From NCBI GenBank assembly GCA_963699705.1, contig CAVOUW010000001.1, positions 268,409 through 332,408 on the forward strand: 64,000 nt of DNA. The letters are read 5' to 3'. This document shows, one piece after another, positions 60,944 to 64,000 of this stretch (position 1 is the first letter of the stretch; every line of letters starts with the position of its first letter). Both the position numbers and the translations under genes were made by a program. The stretch comes from an uncultured delta proteobacterium. GTDB lineage: Bacteria > Desulfobacterota > Binatia > Binatales > Binataceae. The notes beneath the pieces are model-generated. The model saw only the letters and a list, made by a program, of their open reading frames with translations, had not been told where the DNA came from and made no database searches.

Positions 60944-62082
60944 ATCATGTCGGCGAGTTTTACTGGTCGCGCAGTGCCGTTGCGGAAGCGGGCGGGAGAG
61001 AACGGCGTCAGATCGATCGACGGCGTGCGACCCTTGACCAGGTCGGCGATCACCTCACCGGTGATCGCGGAGAGCAGGATGCCGCTGCGGAAGTGGCCGG
61101 CGGCGTAGAGGACGTTGGCGACCGTCGGTGACGGGCCGAGCACCGGGAGCAAGTCGTCGCTCGCGGGGCGCAGGCCGGCCCATGCTTCGCGAAACGGAAT
61201 CGATGCGATTGAGGGGACCATCGCACGCACCGCGCGCAGAATTCGTTCCATCCCATCGAGCGTGACGGACTTGTTGAAGCCGGCGTCTTCGAAGATCGAG
61301 CCGGCGAGGATTCGGCCGTCGCGGCGCGGCACTACTATTCCGGCCGTTGAAAAGATCGAGGGGCCGACCAGGCCGGGGCGCGCGTCGAAGCATAGGATTT
61401 GCCCGCGCACCGGGTAGAAGTGGAGGAGATCGTCTTCAAGGCCGCGGATGTCGCCAGCCCACGCGCCGGCCGCATTGACGATGACGTCGCCGGGCTCGAT
61501 AGATTCATCTGCGAGCCGCAGGCCGACCGCGCGCCCGCTTTCAATGGCGATCGAATTGACGCGGGCACCCTCGCGAAACTCGGCGCCGGCGTTGGTTGCT
61601 GCGTTGATGTACGCGAGAGTGAGCTTGCGATTCTCGACGCGCCGATTATTCGGCATATGCAGCGCGAAGATGATTTTTTCCGACAGCACCGGCGCTAACC
61701 TGAATGCCTCGCGCGTGGACAACTCCTCGACGTCGCCGCCGGCCGCGCGCTGCCATCGCGCACGCGACTGCAACTCGGCGCGCGACGCGTCGTCGAAGGC
61801 AACGTAGAGCACCCCGTGGTTGTCGTACTCAGGATCGACGCCGCTCTCGGCGGTCAGGCGATCGACGATAGCGTCGAAGGAGCGCTTGCCGGCGAGCGCG
61901 AGATCGAAAAACGGGCCGGGCTCGTGCGCCTCGGCCTGCGGGCCGATGAGTCCGGCCGCCGCCCACGACGCTTCGAGGCCGAGACGGCCGCGCTCGAAGA
62001 CGGTGACCTCGACGCCCTCGGATGCGAGCCGCCATGCGACCGAACTGCCGATTATGCCGCCGCCAATTACGAGAGCTTTCAC
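60940..62082 (-). CDS. thiO: Glycine oxidase ThiO-like FAD-dependent oxidoreductase
   Basis: KALVIGGGIIGSSVAWRLA..G..V.VFER and ASWAAAGLIGPQAE are typical of ThiO/DAO. No thiS or thiG gene is nearby, so the functional assignment is tentative. Confidence 0.65.
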   Translation of the reverse strand: MKALVIGGGIIGSSVAWRLASEGVEVTVFERGRLGLEASWAAAGLIGPQAEAHEPGPFFDLALAGKRSFDAIVDRLTAESGVDPEYDNHGVLYVAFDDASRAELQSRARWQRAAGGDVEELSTREAFRLAPVLSEKIIFALHMPNNRRVENRKLTLAYINAATNAGAEFREGARVNSIAIESGRAVGLRLADESIEPGDVIVNAAGAWAGDIRGLEDDLLHFYPVRGQILCFDARPGLVGPSIFSTAGIVVPRRDGRILAGSIFEDAGFNKSVTLDGMERILRAVRAMVPSIASIPFREAWAGLRPASDDLLPVLGPSPTVANVLYAAGHFRSGILLSAITGEVIADLVKGRTPSIDLTPFSPARFRNGTARPVKLADMI

Positions 62083-62164
62083 GCGATTAGATTACCGGCG
62101 CGATACGGCAGGCGAAAGCGGCACTATTGCGGAGGCCTGCCGCGGATGATTCACTCGCACGTCG

Positions 62165-63713
62165 TTGAAGGCTAAACGCTACTCGCTGTTATCGGCGTCG
62201 CGATGGACAGTAATCCTGTCGATCGCGCTGGCGACGGCTGACAACTTCGCCGAGCCGGATTTGTGGATTCACATGCTGACCGGGCAGACGACGCTGCGCA
62301 CCGGTCATATACCGCGGTTCGACACTTACTCTTACAGCGCCCTGGGCGCGCCGTGGCACAATCACGAATGGCTGTCGCAGGTGGCGCTGGCTTTTTTTTA
62401 TGCGCATCTCGGGGTGTTCGGGCTCAAGCTGCTGAAGCTGATCTGTTCGAGCATTTTGATAATCGCGCTGGCGATCGGGATTTCCGCGACTGGCGCGACG
62501 GCGCGCGTGCAGAGGCTGACGCTGATTCTCAGCGCGGTGGCGATTTCGACCCAGATGCAATTTCGGCCGCAGCTGTTCACGTTCATGATGATCGCGGTCG
62601 TGATGATGGCGCTCGCGATCGAAGTCTATCGAGGGCGCGCGCTCCTGTGGCCGCTGATCCCGATTTTCACCTTGTGGGCGAACTTTCATGGCGGTTACAT
62701 CGTCGGGCTCGGCGCGCTGGGTATCGCGGCGGCAGTGATGTTCGTCCAGGGATGGCTGGGTGACGAGGGGCGCATGTCGTCGGCGTGGCGAGTGGCAATC
62801 GTCACGCTCGGATGCGGCGCAGCGACGCTTATCAATCCGTTCGGAGTGGGTTTGTGGACCGGAGTGGCGCATTCGGTCGGCGACCCGCTGATTCGGCAAG
62901 TGATCGCGGATTGGGTGCCGCTGTACAAGATGATCCTGTCGAATTGGCGGGACTCGCCGAAGACGTTGATTCAGTACCTGGCGCCGATGCTGATGTTTGG
63001 CGGCTTTGCAGCGGCGGTTGCGATTGCTCCCGACCTCGAGGACGCACCGCTGCTGGCGGTCGCGACGATTTTCATCGGCGCCGCTTTCTATGCCGCCCGC
63101 AACGTCGCGGTCGGGGTGATCGCAGTCGCGATTCCGCTGGCGCGTCACGCAAGTCTCGCGATGAATCGTCGAGCGCCACCAAAGCGATGCACGCATCCGG
63201 TTGACGACGGCGAGCCGCCGGCGGCGCTGATGGCGATTTGCGCGCTTGCGCTCTTCCTCGTCGGTGGGACGTTGTCCAACAACCTCAAAACCTGGAAGCC
63301 GATGCCGACCGGCGCGCTCGCGTTCATGCAGCAGCACCAAGCTTCACGGCAATCTGCTGCCGCAATTCGAATGGGGATCGTGGATCCTGTGGCACATGGG
63401 CGACGCGTTCAAAGTTTATATCGATCCGCGCGGCGAGCTGGTTTACACCGACAAGCAGGAAGGCGACTACGCGAGGTTTTTCTACGGGATGGATGGCTCG
63501 GAAAAACTGCTCGACGCGTACCCGCACGACTACGTGCTGATAGGTGTGCACGACAAGGGCGCCGACCTCGTCAGGCGGGACCCGCGCTGGCATCTACTAT
63601 ATAGCGATCAGACTTCGGCACTGTTCGGACGTCACGCGATCCCTGGCGAGGCGCCGGTCGTAGGCAACGTCGCAGGCGCCGACGGCAAGCCAAAAGACAC
63701 CTATTTTCCGTGA
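62165..63713 (+). pseudogene. Polytopic membrane protein (GT-C/ArnT-like architecture, uncharacterised), frame break at about 63335-63341
   Basis: At least 10 predicted TM helices plus a soluble C-terminal domain. The tracked frame turns Arg-rich after ..AFMQQH. The overlapping frame continues sensibly (KLHGNLLPQFEWGSWILWH..) to 63713. The TTG start is uncertain. Confidence 0.55.
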
Positions 63714-63750
63714 TGCGGCGGGTGATAAATGTCGTGGCATCGGAGGCAGC

Positions 63751-64000
63751 ATGGCGCGACTTATCAAGGGACTCGAGACCAAGCTGATTCACGCGGGCGA
63801 GCCGGAGCCGTTGATCGAAGGCGCGGTCGCGATGCCGATTTTTCAATCCTCGACCTACGAGTACGCGGGGCAGACCAGCTACCACGACCTGCGCTACATC
63901 CGGCTGAACAACACGCCGAATCATACGGTGCTGCATCGCAAGCTCGCGGCGCTCGAGAATGCGGAGTCGGCACTGGTCGCGGGCAGCGGGATGGCGGCGA
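63751..64000 (+). CDS. Cys/Met-metabolism PLP-dependent enzyme (cystathionine gamma-synthase/beta-lyase family), 5' partial at the window edge
   Basis: GGAGG lies 5 nt before ATG 63751. ETKLIHAG......GAV..PI..SSTY......Y.R..NPT-like N-terminus. The ORF runs off the window. Confidence 0.75.
   Translation, partial: MARLIKGLETKLIHAGEPEPLIEGAVAMPIFQSSTYEYAGQTSYHDLRYIRLNNTPNHTVLHRKLAALENAESALVAGSGMAA

Overview
GC-rich bacterial chromosomal segment, probably from an uncultivated lineage. All calls come from reading the supplied translations and the DNA by eye; no homology search was run. Most of the window is tightly packed housekeeping genes, mainly on the minus strand. They include prmA-rsmE-gshB, tRNA-Phe, clpP, gltX-guaA, a cysteine desulfurase-mnmA-mtaB-rnc-era-der string, cysE, lysC-cimA, tsaE-nnr, pdxJ, tilS-ftsH-folP-cdaA-cdaR-glmM, ilvB, acnA, a large Lhr helicase and thiO. 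Three things stand out. (1) I count at least 14 reading-frame breaks in 9 otherwise conserved genes, including essential ones (gltX, tilS, glmM, mnmA). Consensus indel error is the most likely cause, not biology. (2) Three families of hairpin-forming intergenic repeats (REP/MITE-like) occur across the window and pile up in a 550-bp non-coding stretch upstream of lhr. (3) An accessory-looking block at about 41.4-52.7 kb holds the best candidate for an uncharacterised system. It contains a secreted cupin, an SRPBCC protein, DUF1329, hicBA, an orphan HlyD-type adaptor and a kinase-like pseudogene. Its core is a vWA-TM-FHA membrane protein facing a divergent operon for a 696-aa Cys-paired secreted beta-rich protein plus a lipoprotein. 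The shared control region has a repeat-flanked promoter. A second candidate is a sigma54-type promoter driving a very His/Trp-rich secreted mini-protein next to tRNA-Phe. I saw no CRISPR array, cas genes, integrase, transposase, rRNA or recognisable riboswitch core.
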